From: Antedon mediterranea | Taxonomy: Eukaryota > Animalia > Echinodermata | Direction: 5' to 3' | DNA length: 64,000 bases | Assembly (NCBI RefSeq): GCF_964355755.1 | Contig: NC_092679.1 | Coordinates: 2,200,201 to 2,264,200 of the forward strand | Position numbers and translations under genes: made by a program | Shown here: one piece after another, positions 25,539 to 37,774 of the stretch | Layout of the letters: every line of letters starts with the position of its first letter | How positions within the stretch are numbered: position 1 is the first letter of the stretch | Notes under the pieces: generated by a model | The model's database searches: none | Told to the model about the DNA's origin: nothing | What the model saw: only the letters and a program-made list of their open reading frames with translations

Positions 25539-26802
25539 TTATATACGAGATATTTCCGTATTTCTTTGCTCTAAATAACTCTGACAGAGTTGTTTATATT
25601 TATCCAATGGTTCTGTGTGTGCATTCGGATCCTTTGCTAGCTCATCCCATCGACGCATGCGTAGTATTGCATCAAAGTACGGTGATTTCTCAAACTGTTT
25701 TGCTTCTTCTTCGATCATGGGACCGCCTTGATGTGTCAATGTTTGTTTAGAAGACCTGCTCAGACCTATAAGATAAATGTCATAAAAAAACAATAAAATA
25801 AGTCTTAATACTGTACAATTTTTAAAGCGAAATCTTTCATCTAAATCTCTTATTTTCAGAATAAAAATATTAGTATATGCCTATTACCTTCATAATATGA
25901 TTTATCTTTATATACGAGGTAGCGTTTAGCATCCACGTGACCTCGAACGAAGGCTGCAATTTCTTGGGGAATCCCCAGATCTAACAAAAACGTTTCTCCA
26001 ACGGTCTCATGGTTAACGATTCCCAGTTTCACCCCTTCTGTCGTAACCATTCCTTCCAATCCTTGGGCCATGCCGACTAGATGGCCTATGTCGTGAAATA
26101 AAGCACCCAGTACGATCTAAAAAAATTGAGATAATAAATTTTTATGTATCTGTGTAAAGCGTCTCTGCATGCTTTTTTCATGAAAAGGGCGCTATATAAA
26201 TGTGGTATATTATTATTATCATGGAGCTATACATTTAATTATAGCTCCATGCTTTGATGTCGCAAGGTAAAAGTTATTTATAGCTCCATTCTTTGATGTC
26301 GCAAGGTAATAGTTGTTTCGAAAAAAGCGGAAAAGCCACAAAACATCGATTTCGCCAATACTTTAGTGAATGAGATAGACTTAAAACCCTAACATAAAAT
26401 GTCGATTTGTTTTTCCAAACATTCTTAAACGGAGTTAATGCATGCTGACGTTGACATTTTAGAAAAATGAAGAATGTTTTTAATTGACAAATAGCAGTCT
26501 CACCGATCAGTAAAATTGGTAATGTTTAGCTTGCCCAGCCATGCGTTACTTAGGCCTACCAAAGTCCTTAATCAACCAGAAATAATATTGAGTAATCCAT
26601 AACGCAATTAAACACGCACTCATAACAGGGAGTTGTCAACTCCCTGCTCATAATAACCGACCTGTTTGGGATATCCTTCCTTTTCAGCCAACATAGCACA
26701 TTGTATCATATGTTGTTTCTGTGATACAGCTTCACCTATATACTCAGAATCACCATAATTCTCATACAGCTCAAAAATACGTTGAATATCTATGGAAGTC
26801 AT
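25539..26802 (-). CDS. PhnZ/TmpB-like HD-domain diiron phosphonate dioxygenase, 198 aa, 3 exons: 26662-26802, 25888-26116, 25539-25765
   Basis: Motifs YIGEAVSQKQH, ALFHDIGH, NHE, HVDAKRYL, SKQTLTHQGG and RRWDELAK are the PhnZ signature set. Exons join in frame (141+229+227 nt) with GT-AG introns. Confidence 0.9.
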
Positions 26803-27749
26803 TATTAATATAAATAACCTATTTATTACTGTAAACATATAATAATAATGGCTGTTCATGCGTAGACTGACATGCCTATTGGCACTGATACAATGATAGT
26901 CAGATATCTAGACTTGAGTACACAAAAGAATTACTGATACACTTGTTCAGGATTTCATACAATTACATGGTTGAAAAGATAATTGATCATAAAGTTCAAG
27001 AATGAGAAAATTGATAGAGAAGAATGACTTTGTTTATTTATTTTTTATAAATGTATCTTGTATTTTTTTTATTTTGTAACAAATAATTATTAATAATAAA
27101 ATCAATTTTGGTTAATAATTAAAGGTGTTTTAATATTTATAATGTTCAATATATTAAACAATTTATTATTTATCATTATATTAATTTAATGAAACGATTT
27201 GCATATTCTATTGTATTGAAACATGTTTCAGCTGTTTTATAGACAAATAAAGATTACTATAACTAATACTCAAAATGCTAAAGATTTAAAGATGTATTGT
27301 CCCCCAAAAACATGAAAAATGAAGATTAATTAAATGAGACTTTAATTAGGTTATTTTGTAATTTTAACAAAGTTAATTACTTCCGTAGAAAAAAAAAGCG
27401 AAAAAAAAATTGTTACCTATAAAATAACATAATAATATGGTTAAATTCAACCAAAAATACATTGTATGGCAGCCAATTTAACCATTTCTTGCTTCAAATT
27501 ACTTTTTTAGGTAAATAAATTTTGTTTAGATCCAATTTTTGGTCACAGTGAATAACTATATTATGTGAAAATGGCATTATTCAACAAAAAAAATGTAAAC
27601 AATATTTTTCAGAGGGACAATACGCGATGATGTGATTTTGACAATTTAGCCGCCTCACTCATTCAGTTTGCTGACATCATGGGATAACAAATGCTATCAT
27701 ACTCTACGCTGTTTCCTTTTCTGCATTGTTAATTAAACAACTTATTGTT

Positions 27750-28258
27750 ATGGTTTTGAATGAATTCATATTAAAAAAAAACAACTTTATTTGCCAAATA
27801 ATTTCTTAATCTATAAAATATTCTAATATTCCTTTCAATATATTATTAAAAAGAAATAATTCCGTTATTCCGTTTACCTAATCAGAAAATGGTTGCTTCC
27901 AATAAACAGTGTACCAACTTTACAACAAACTTACTTGCAAAACTGAAGGATTTTTATGCAACACAAATCAGTTACGCTTTTCCGGCAGTAGCGATCTGTA
28001 GTGAAAACGAGGCATAGATAGATCATGGAGGTTAGGTAAATAGTGTAGGTAAAATAGTAAAATGTCCGATGACTTTTTAAAAAATGTAATGGTTTTGAAT
28101 GAATTCATATTAAAAAAAAAACAACTTTATTTGCCAAATAATTTCTTAATCTATAAAATATTCTAATATTCCTTTCAATATATTATTAAAAAGAAATAAT
28201 TCCGTTATTCCGTTTACCTAATCAGAAAATGGTTGCTTCCAATAAACAGTGTACCAAC
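27750..28258 (+). repeat. Near-identical ~170-bp direct repeats (27750-27918 and 28089-28258)
   Basis: atggttttgaatgaattc...aaacagtgtaccaac is present twice, 339 bp apart. Confidence 0.9.
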
Positions 28259-28621
28259 GTTACAGATGGATCTCAATATTTTATTTTCAATTAAATATTT
28301 GATATAACTTCAGTATCATGGCTGTCCTTTTCTCAAAGTAGGCCAGTATATACCTATTGATATTTTACTTGCTTTATCCTGTACTGTATATTTAAAGGTA
28401 AGTTTTATCATTTTAGCTTTTATTTATTTATTTATTTATTTTTTGCCGCGATCTTAATTATTAGGATTTATTCCAAATAACCTAGGCCAGTAGCAGACGG
28501 TTTCGGTTTTAGAATTCGACTTCAATAGTACATACATATTATCTATTTAACATGTTTGTCGTCTTAAACATTAAAAAAAAATTAAAGTTAAAATAAAGGA
28601 AATTGTTTTACTTGTGCAGCT

Positions 28622-29275
28622 ATGAATGCCGATAAAGAAGAAAATAATGAATTTGAAAATACACAATTCAGAATCCCTGAAATTTGTAGTGGTCCAGCCT
28701 GTACTTTTCGGATACCCATCCAAGAAACCAGTGGTTCTGTCGATGATACTGATCGACATCACGTTGAAACAAGTCCACCAATTGCCTTGGTTGAAAACAG
28801 TGGTATCTTGAATAGGCATCCGATCCAGGAGGTTGGCGAAAACGCTACCGATTCTCTTAAATTCGGCATAGAAGAAACAAATGCCGAACATGTCATTAAT
28901 ACTCCGATCCAGGAGGTTGGTGAAAACGGTACTATCGTGTTTACTGATTTTCTTAAATTCGGCATAGAAGAAACAAATGCCGAACATGTCATTAATACTC
29001 CGATCCAGGAAGTTGGCGAAAACGGTACTGTCGTGTCTACCGATTCTCTTAAATTCGGGATAGAAGAAACAAATGCCGAACATGTCATCAATAGTACTCC
29101 GACCCAGGAGGTTGGCCAAAACGGTACTGTCGTGTTTACCGATTTTCTTACACTCAGCATAGAAGAAACAAATGCAGAATGTATCGTTAATGAGCCTCCG
29201 ATTCAAGAAGTTGGCGGTAGTGTGGCGTATACTGATTTTCCTAAATTCGGTATTGAAGAAACTAATTCAGAATAA
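28622..29275 (+). CDS. Orphan acidic protein (217 aa) with ~32-aa tandem repeats
   Basis: The ORF begins just after an acceptor-like ttgtgcag at 28619, with an upstream donor AAG|GTAAGT at ~28397. Repeat TPIQEVGENGTVVxTDxLKFGIEETNAEHVIN has unit lengths of 96, 96, 99 and 93 bp. Confidence 0.5.
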   Translation: MNADKEENNEFENTQFRIPEICSGPACTFRIPIQETSGSVDDTDRHHVETSPPIALVENSGILNRHPIQEVGENATDSLKFGIEETNAEHVINTPIQEVGENGTIVFTDFLKFGIEETNAEHVINTPIQEVGENGTVVSTDSLKFGIEETNAEHVINSTPTQEVGQNGTVVFTDFLTLSIEETNAECIVNEPPIQEVGGSVAYTDFPKFGIEETNSE

Positions 29276-30688
29276 CGAACAATTGCATAAAACAATCAAA
29301 TTGTCATTTACAGATATGTAGACACAGTTCAGGATAGAAACTGATTATCTATTTAATAATCATTATTGGAACTACGCACTTAAAAGATATAGGCCTACTG
29401 TATCGCAGGAGTTAAATGTATCAGTGTTTCTACAGTTCTCCGCTATAATCGATTTTCACTAAGTTACTTGGACGCAGCGTAATGCGGCTTGGTTCACACT
29501 AGGACGTCGTAGGCGCATCTAAAGTAATTTTACCAATCACGACGCAATGGATCAAACGAAGTGTTGCTTGTGATTGGTCAACCATTCATGCGTTGCGTGT
29601 ACGTCGTTTGGTAGCGCCCAACCAAGTGGTTAAGTATTCATTATGGAAGTTCTGAAACTCTGGCAATAATACAATGGAAACATCCACATTGAAACGCTTG
29701 GCACTGATCCAAATTTTCCTTTTTTGTTGCATTTTACAATTAATTTATTATATTGAAGACAGTAAGACTTAATAAGACAACACAAAGTTTTGGACTTGAT
29801 GAGCAATGTATAATAATCCCTGCTGTTTACATTGTATAATGCACCAGAATACAAAACTGTGTATACATTATTCTACTGCAGTAAATTCAACAGTGACTGC
29901 AGTACCTTTTACACTACGTCTGTATTATTACCCTTCATTTCACAAAACTTGTACAATTGGTACTGCAGTAAACTACATATAATTAATGCAGTAATATTTA
30001 CGGGTTTTTTCACTAAAGGGGTACACAAATTTGTACATACTTTCTTCTGAATTATATCATATTTAGTTTTAATTATAAAATTCCTCATTTCTTATTTTTG
30101 TGTTTGCTGATCTTAGGAACGTTTAGACTTAAGTATCACTAACTTATTAAAAAACATCACATGTTATGTAATACGTTATGTCATTTCTTGCAGTAATTAT
30201 CTATTTTGTTACTATTTACAATCAATAATTTTAATCCCTTTATATTTCTATTTTTTTTATTTTATGGAAATGAGGTTTTGATGGTCTTTAAAATCTACTG
30301 TGTAAATATAATATATTTTTATTCATGTTTGACATAAATGTTAATATCATTAACTGTTTGATGTTTTAACTACATGACAAATATTTCAATATAAAAAACA
30401 TTTTGAGATGGAATTTTGAATCACATAATAGGGATTTTTGAGAATATAACATCAAAGCAACGTGACAATAATCTGAGCATGCTTACAAACTAATAGTCGC
30501 TGTGATAGCTTCGCAACAAAATGATGCTTTTTGTAAATATTAGAATGTTTTATATTTATGCGGAGATCTTGCAGCAAAAACAAATGTTGGTCTTGTTATG
30601 AGCAGTGAGTTCTTTGATAATATTGTTTGTTGTCAGCAGAGTATTGCATCAAAGAGTAGCACGCCCTCTATGATCGCAGTAAAGGTCA

Positions 30689-33600
30689 TCAGCGGAACTG
30701 AATGATGCCAGCATCTTGTAGTACATACAACTTCTTTGCAATATCAGGGTTACTCATATGACTGCAAAAATAATTTTAAAATGAATTCATTTTTGTAACA
30801 AGATTTTTAACTTTAAAGCTTGGTTCCCACTAGAACGTAACGCAAGGACGTAAACGCAACGCAAGCGTTTTAACCAATGACAAGTGAAGTTATAGACAGT
30901 TAGCAATCACAAGCGAATAAGCCATCGCTTGTGATTGGTCAATTCACTTGCGTTGCGTTGCGTCCTTGCGTTGCGTCGCTAGTGGGAACCACGCTTTAGG
31001 TAACAGATTTTAACTTTTATCATATAGAAATAAATGATTTGATAAATTATACCATATGTGATGCAGAACATTTGTAAATAAAATCATCTAAAAACAAATA
31101 GTATTTGTAATGTATTGATTGTGTTCACATGGACAGTAAAGGGTTTTAATGGTAGTGGTGAGGCAATTCATCTATGTGTAATGTATTGATTGTGTTCACA
31201 TGGACAGTAAAGGGTTTTAATGGTAGTGGTGAGGCAATTCATCTATGTGTAATGTATTGATTGTGTTCACATGGACAGTAAAGGGTTTTAATGGTAGTGG
31301 TGAGGCAATTCATCTATGTGTAATGTATTGATTGTGTTCACATGGACAGTAAAGGGTTTTAATGGTAGTGGTGAGGCAATTCATCTATGTGTAATGTATT
31401 GATTGTGTTCACATGGACAGTAAAGGGTTTTAATGGTAGTGGTGCTCAAATATGGTAGTGATACGCCTAAATATATTAGTGATTATCATCATGTCTATAT
31501 ATGGGCACATCACATTGTTGTCACATAAAGTTTGATACCGTAGACAGAGCTTTACAAACTTACTTTCTCATAGCAGCTGGATTTTGAGACATTTGTTCAA
31601 GTATCATCCTCATTGCTGGGTCACTCATTATCGCTTGCACCTCAGGGTCAGCCATCGCTCTTTTCTTTACTTCTTCTGGATCCTTATTTATCTCCTGTCT
31701 ACAAGTTATTAACATATTCATTGTTTCCTAAAAATAAAATAAACAAAGAAATTGAATTATAAAAAATAGTTATCCCTTTCAAAAAACCAAAACAAAATAT
31801 TGTGTACACTCAAACGTAGCATTAATCTAACTTTATGTCAATGGCCACCAGATGTCTCTATGTAGACGGTTACCTGAACCAATACCAGTGAATCAAATAA
31901 GGGGGGGGGGGGGGGCTCTATCTACACATTTTTATATTAGCCTGGAGAAATGGGAAATTTTGGACGTTCCACTGACATTTTAGAAACTCCCGGATAATCT
32001 TGGTTAACTGCTGGACAATCATGGAGACCCCAGGACAAAGTTGAGGATTATGGCGATCTAAGTATCTGTACTGTTATAGCATACCTGATTACTACTATCA
32101 ATATCCAATGCCTTCTGCAGTGCAGACTGTGCTTGCGCCCATTGTTTCATTGCCATCAAGTTTCTACCTTTATGAATGTAGCCTTTTACTATAAATACAA
32201 AAAATAAAAACATCTCCATTGTTATTCATTATTGGCAAAAATAATTTCTAATTCATTTCATTTTGTCCTGTTTATATAATGTTAAACAAAATACAGATCA
32301 AGAATACTATTGTATATGTGACTGGGACATTGAACAAATTGTTTCCTTTTCTTGGTTATTTTGACCACTATTTTTAGTAGTTATATCACCAATAGGGAAA
32401 TCCCCTAGTCATGTAGAGGGCAGCATTCAGGGATAGTAAATCTAGTAAGTAGAAGGTTAAAGATATATTGTTCCCCTAAAAAAATAATTGTTAAAACATT
32501 TTTTGTTGAATATGCCATTTTAATGTCACATAACAGTTAATCACTTTGACCAAAAACTGGATTGATAAAAAGATGTAATTTTAAAGCAAAAAAAAGGTTT
32601 TTTTGTTAAAATTAACAGTTTCTTTTGACTTTTTATAAGTGAAATAATTTGTTGGGTTTTTTTTTCTACAGAAGTGATTGACTTTATAAAAACTGAAAAA
32701 TGGCCTATTCAAAGTCTGATTTTATCAATCTTCATTTTTCATGTTTTGGGGACAATACATTTCTAAGTACAGTACTGTACACTCTTTTGTTTAGTTTTTT
32801 TAAGCTCTGTCTACACTATCAAACTTTATGTGACAAAAAAGTGTGAAGTGCCCATATATGGACATGATGATGTCATATCACTACTATATTTGGCCATATC
32901 ACCGCCATATTTGGGCAGATCACACTTTTTTTGTAAAACTAGTTTGATAGTGTAGACAGAACTTAATACTTAGTCATGACAAACACAAGACTTACTGAAC
33001 GTTGGATCAAGACGTATACATTCATTGGCGTCTTTAACAGCGCGGTTAAATTCTAGCAGTTTGTTGTAAGCTGCCGCTCGGTTACTGTATATCTTAGCGT
33101 CTTCGGGATTACGCTTAATAGCTTCATCGTAACACTTGAGGGCGCTTGGAAAGTCCGCTGAAATATAAGAAAGCATAGTTGAGAATAGATATTAATGATT
33201 TAACATACATCAGTCATGAAGCCAATAAACTCAATAGTATATACATCATTAGGCAATAAATATATAAATAATAATAATAATAATATCCTGGATTTATATA
33301 GAGCCTAATGTTGTGAAACCTCTAAGCGCTAAACATTATTACCCCAGTCATTTTTTGGGATCAAACACGTATGGAAACATACTCCCATAATGCAGCTAAA
33401 AATAAATAAATAGGGCAAAAGAATACCCCTGTCTTAGATAACTTACCTTTCTGGTAGAAGTCATTTCCCTTGTTTTTCGCTTCTAATGACAATTCTGGGC
33501 TAATGTAAGCCTTCCTTTCTTGATCCTTCAAAATCTTTTCACACTAAAACACAATACCATTAGAGAATAATATTCACATGTTTGGAAACGGCAGAAAGAC

Positions 33601-36600
33601 ATTTTAAACATTAATCCGATCTCATAATTTTTAGATAGGAATTTAAAAATTTTTTTTTTCAAAGTACTCAATATGTTAATTGTCTACTTAAAAGTTAAAC
33701 TTTTTACGTACCTCTTGTTTCTTCTTTAGTATATCATCGCTTCTGTGTTCTGTTAATGATTTCTTGAAGTATACCAATGCTTCCGTGTAATTTTTTTCTT
33801 TTAGGTATGTGTTGCCTATCCGTCCAAACGCCCTTATAATAGAAATAACAACAATACATCAGTGTATGAGTTACTGTGCTTACTTAGTAATTGGTTTGGG
33901 TTCAAATCCCCTATATAATTTTTTGTTGTGGCCAAAAACGTGTTACTAAAGCTGTCTACACTATCAGACTTTATGTCACAAAAAAATGTGATGTGCCCAT
34001 GATAATAAGTTTGATAGTGTAGACAGAGCTTAACATTGATTTCTAATGTAATTGGTGAATTAAATATTTTATGATAATCAACCTTTAAAATGAAATAGTC
34101 ACATACAATAAGTAATAATTAAGAATAAAGTAAAATATTTTTACTTTGCAATTGTTTTGAACGGAGCTTTGTTTTCTCTTCCCACTTCCACCGCCTTCAA
34201 ACAATCTGTCCGACAGGCGTCAAAGTCTTTCTTCTCAAAGTGAACCGCTGAAAAATGACATTTATTTCATATAATTATTATTTATTTTTTTATAAGAGAT
34301 TAAATTATATGATTAAAATGAACAGAGATCAAAAAGAAATGAGGGCGACATACCAGCTCTGTTGGTAAGATACGTCATCTCGTCAGGATCTAACTCAATA
34401 GCTTTTGAATATAAATCAATCGCCTCATCAAATTCTTTTTTCTTGTAGGCAGCATTTCCTTCAGTTTTTAGGTCTAAAGCCTGAAAAAAAAATTAAATAT
34501 AAAAAATTACACATAACTATTAAAGATGTATTGTCCTCCAAAAACATGAAAAATGAAGATTAATAAAACCGGACTTTTAATTTTGCAGTTTTAATGAAGT
34601 AAAAAAAATCATTTCACTTATAAAAAGACAAAATAAACAGCTAATTTTACCCAAAAACTCACTGTCTGACAGACAATTTAGGTATTTTTTGCTTTAAATT
34701 ACATTTTTTTCAGGTAAATAATTTGTTTTCGAAGCAGTTTTTGGTCAAAGTGAATAACTATTATTTCAAAAAATTAATTATTTTTAACAAAAAAAAAAAA
34801 AAAAAAATTATTTTTCAGGGGGACAATAGATCTTTAAGTAAATAATTTAAAACATTTTGTGATTTGTACAAAAAAATTCAAAAGTATATCACAATTTTGT
34901 TTCTGCAATGACCGATTTTGGGTTTTGCAACTTTGTATTACACAACATTAGAGAGGGTTTAGACGGGAGATATTTGTAGCGTATGCTAATCCATGATGCT
35001 TTAGATCACGTGGTAGGTGTAGCTAACTATGCTGTAAATCCTCTGAGCGGTTTTCTAATTACTTCAACTTATTGTTTTGGCCAATTTCTTTGCAATGCAA
35101 GCAAGTTCACCAATGACAGGCAACAGGTTGGATAATCCATCACTTCTGATTGGCCACATTAATTGCGTTGTCGCACTTATGTCCTTGGGTTGTGTCCTAG
35201 TGGGAAACAAGACTTAAGTAGTACAAATTCTAATATAAGCGATTACACTAACCTTCTTTTTGTTTGGATCCATTTCTTTTTCGTCAGTTTCCATCTTTTC
35301 TGGTTCCTTCGCTTTTTGTGGCGTTGGTGCCGATGACCTGGGGTCATTTTCCATATCAGCGTCAGTTCCGAGCTTCAAATCAACTCCAAGTAGAACACTC
35401 AGTGTTTTCATAACTCGAGGATCTTGTAACTTCCTAAAAATATATCAAATTTTAAAAAAATATAAGTAAATTTGTGCTCTGTCTACACTATCAACTTTAT
35501 GTGACAACAAAATGTAATGTGCCCATATATGGACATGATGATGTCATATCACTACCATATTTGAGCAAAACAATGTAAAGAAACTGGCCACTTTTTTCAA
35601 GTCAGAGAAGGAGATATCGGATAGCTAGGATTTGCTTTAGAGGGCTTTTCTTCATTTTCATCATTTTCATGTGTAAGGCATATAAATATTATGGCCAGGC
35701 AAAAAAAATACTTTCAGATAAAAAATATACAAGCTCTGTCTGTCTACACTATAAAACTAGTTTGACAAAAAAAGTGTGATGTGCCCAAATATGGTATGAC
35801 ACATCATGTCCACATAAAGTTTGATACTGTAGACAGAGCTTTAAACTTGACATGGAATGTTGAAAGAAACAAGCTCTTACATGCCGATTGCATTGGGATC
35901 ACTTTTGAGCGATTTCAGTAACATTAAATATTCTGGATCCTTCATCCATTCTCTTGTCTCGGGATTAGCCAACAGTTTCTGTTCAATCCCTGGCATTCCA
36001 AACGGATTTGTCATTGATCGAGCTCCAGCTGCAGCTATGAAAAAAAAAATGATAACATTGTTTAAAGCTCTGTCTACACTATCAAATTAGTTTGCCAAAT
36101 TTTTTTTAAATCATTTGTCTAAAAAACAATAGAGATACTTATCATCATCAATTTCTTTGCTTATTCTTTTGTTTATAATACATTGTTTTTAAGATTGTCA
36201 GAGTTTGTAAAGCTCTGTCTACACTATCAAACTTTATGTGATGTGCCCATATATGGACATGATGATGTCATAGCACTACCAATTTTAGGCATATCATTAC
36301 CATATTTGGGCACATCACATTTTTTTGTCAAACTAGTTTGATAGTGATTTGTAGACAGAGCTTAAGTAAATGATATGAAACATGTGGAACTGATATTGAG
36401 ATTATTTTAATACCTGCTAGTTCTTTATCACAGTCTTCAAGACCTTTTTTAAATGCATCACTGGCTGGATCAACTTTCAGGCCTTCAGTATAAACAGCTT
36501 TTGCATCTTCGTAACGTTTTAAAAATTGCAGTGCCGTTGCTTTTCTTGAATAACCCTATAAAACATATACACAAATTATTATTTTACTGTGTAATAATGT

Positions 36601-37655
36601 CAACACACAAATTTTACTCTTTTTTTCATAAGACAGTCTGAGTTGATCCACTGTGTACTAGACTACAGTAGAACGTCTTTACTGGGAGATACACTAAGGG
36701 GACAATTTCAGGTTAAACAAATGAAACAAACGTTGTAGTGTCCCAAAGGCGTCCCTTTAATTATATATAGTTCTACTATATAAAAAGACACCTGACCTTT
36801 GACCAGTCTGGTTTTACTTTGATTGTCATTTCAGCATCTGTCAATGCTTTCTCGTATTGTTTAATGTTGGCATAGGCAGCAGAACGATTACTATAAAGGA
36901 CGTGGTTGCTAGGGTCTAATTTAATGGCTTCTGTATAGCTGGTAATGGCATCTTTAAAACGTCCTTCCTTTTGTGCTTCATTTCCCTCATTCTTTAACTT
37001 TACTGCCTGTCACAAAAAAAAATCAATCAAAATTACCAATTACATTTTTTATTATTTAATCTAAATAAATTTAATTATTCTAGCCTAACCTTTATCAGAT
37101 TGAAGTAGTAGTACTCAAGTAGTAGAGAAAAAAATTGGTGACCAAAGTAGGCTAGTACTACTACTGGCCTAATTTAGCCTAAATGATATATTTAAATAGG
37201 CCTGGGCCTACTAGCTAGTAGGATCTAACTAGCCCTAGCTAGCCTAGATAGGTACCTAGCCCAGCCCAGCAGGCCTAGGCCTAGCATATATTTTTTTCAA
37301 AAATTTTGTATGATTTTCTATAGGCCCCTAGTATATGTCTTCATTTTTCACCTAGCATAACTGTTATATTGATTTTTATATTTAATTGATGATTTATGAT
37401 TAGACTGAGGTAGGTCTAGGCTAGGCTAATTAGGTTTCTATCTGGACTAGGTCTAGGGCCTAGGCCTATTCTTTTGATTTCCGACACACATGGCCGGATG
37501 CGGAAACAACGGTCTGTGCCGCTGTGTGCACACACGGGGATTCACACAACAAAAAAGATCATCATTTTATTTGTCTATAAAGTGAAAAAAACATCACTTT
37601 TTCACAAAAAATAAATTACCGTTTTCACACTTACTTGTGCTTTTTCATCAGCCAT
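30689..37655 (-). CDS. STIP1: Stress-induced phosphoprotein 1 (Hop/Sti1), ~13 exons
   Basis: TPR1 (KNEGN...[19 protein letters not shown]), DP1, TPR2A/2B ([22 protein letters not shown]) and DP2 ([27 protein letters not shown]...[11 protein letters not shown]...GIIQFR*). Exons e.g. 37635-37655, 36797-37006, 36414-36555, 35253-35433, 32996-33157, 31564-31726, 30689-30761. Confidence 0.97.
30817..30995. mobile_element. MITE family B (TIR AGCTTGGTTCCCACTAG), PIF/Harbinger-like
   Basis: TIRs flanked by TAA/TTA, with internal CCAATCAC/GTGATTGG palindromic arms. Related copies at ~1532-1677, 4755-5072, 12612-12755, 29487-29625, 35100-35213, 38280-39120, 43212-43368, 48950-49085. Confidence 0.8.
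31107..31444. repeat. 71-bp minisatellite (~4.7 identical copies) in the last STIP1 intron
   Basis: Unit gtaatgtattgattgtgttcacatggacag...catctatgt starts at 31107, 31178, 31249, 31320 and 31391. Confidence 0.95.
36211..36362. mobile_element. MITE family A copy (TIR AGCTCTGTCTACACTATCAAACT)
   Basis: TAA target duplication at 36208-36210 and 36363-36365; internal 21-bp subrepeats. Confidence 0.85.
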
Positions 37656-37726
37656 AATAGTAGTTTATAAAGTGTTTAAAGCTAGAAGTCTTGGGAGTTC
37701 GTATGAAAGTGTGGCTAGGCCTAGCC

Positions 37727-37774
37727 TTTATAAAGAACTTGATATCCACCCGCGCGCCGAGAACTTTCTGGAAA
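37727..37774 (-). promoter_or_regulatory. STIP1 promoter: TATA box and heat-shock element
   Basis: Perfect three-unit HSE GAActTTCtgGAA at 37761-37773. TATAAA on the minus strand at 37727-37732, about 70 bp upstream of the ATG. Confidence 0.8.

Noticed and set aside
24769-26802. ACYP plus PhnZ-like gene as a functional phosphorus-metabolism cluster
   Set aside because: They are tail-to-tail with no shared promoter. The ACYP position is explained by PSME4 linkage, and PhnZ releases phosphate without needing an acylphosphatase. Adjacency alone is insufficient.
28571-29206. Antisense ORFs over the repeat protein
   Set aside because: Stop-free antisense frames are expected from a repeated unit. 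No independent splice or homology support.
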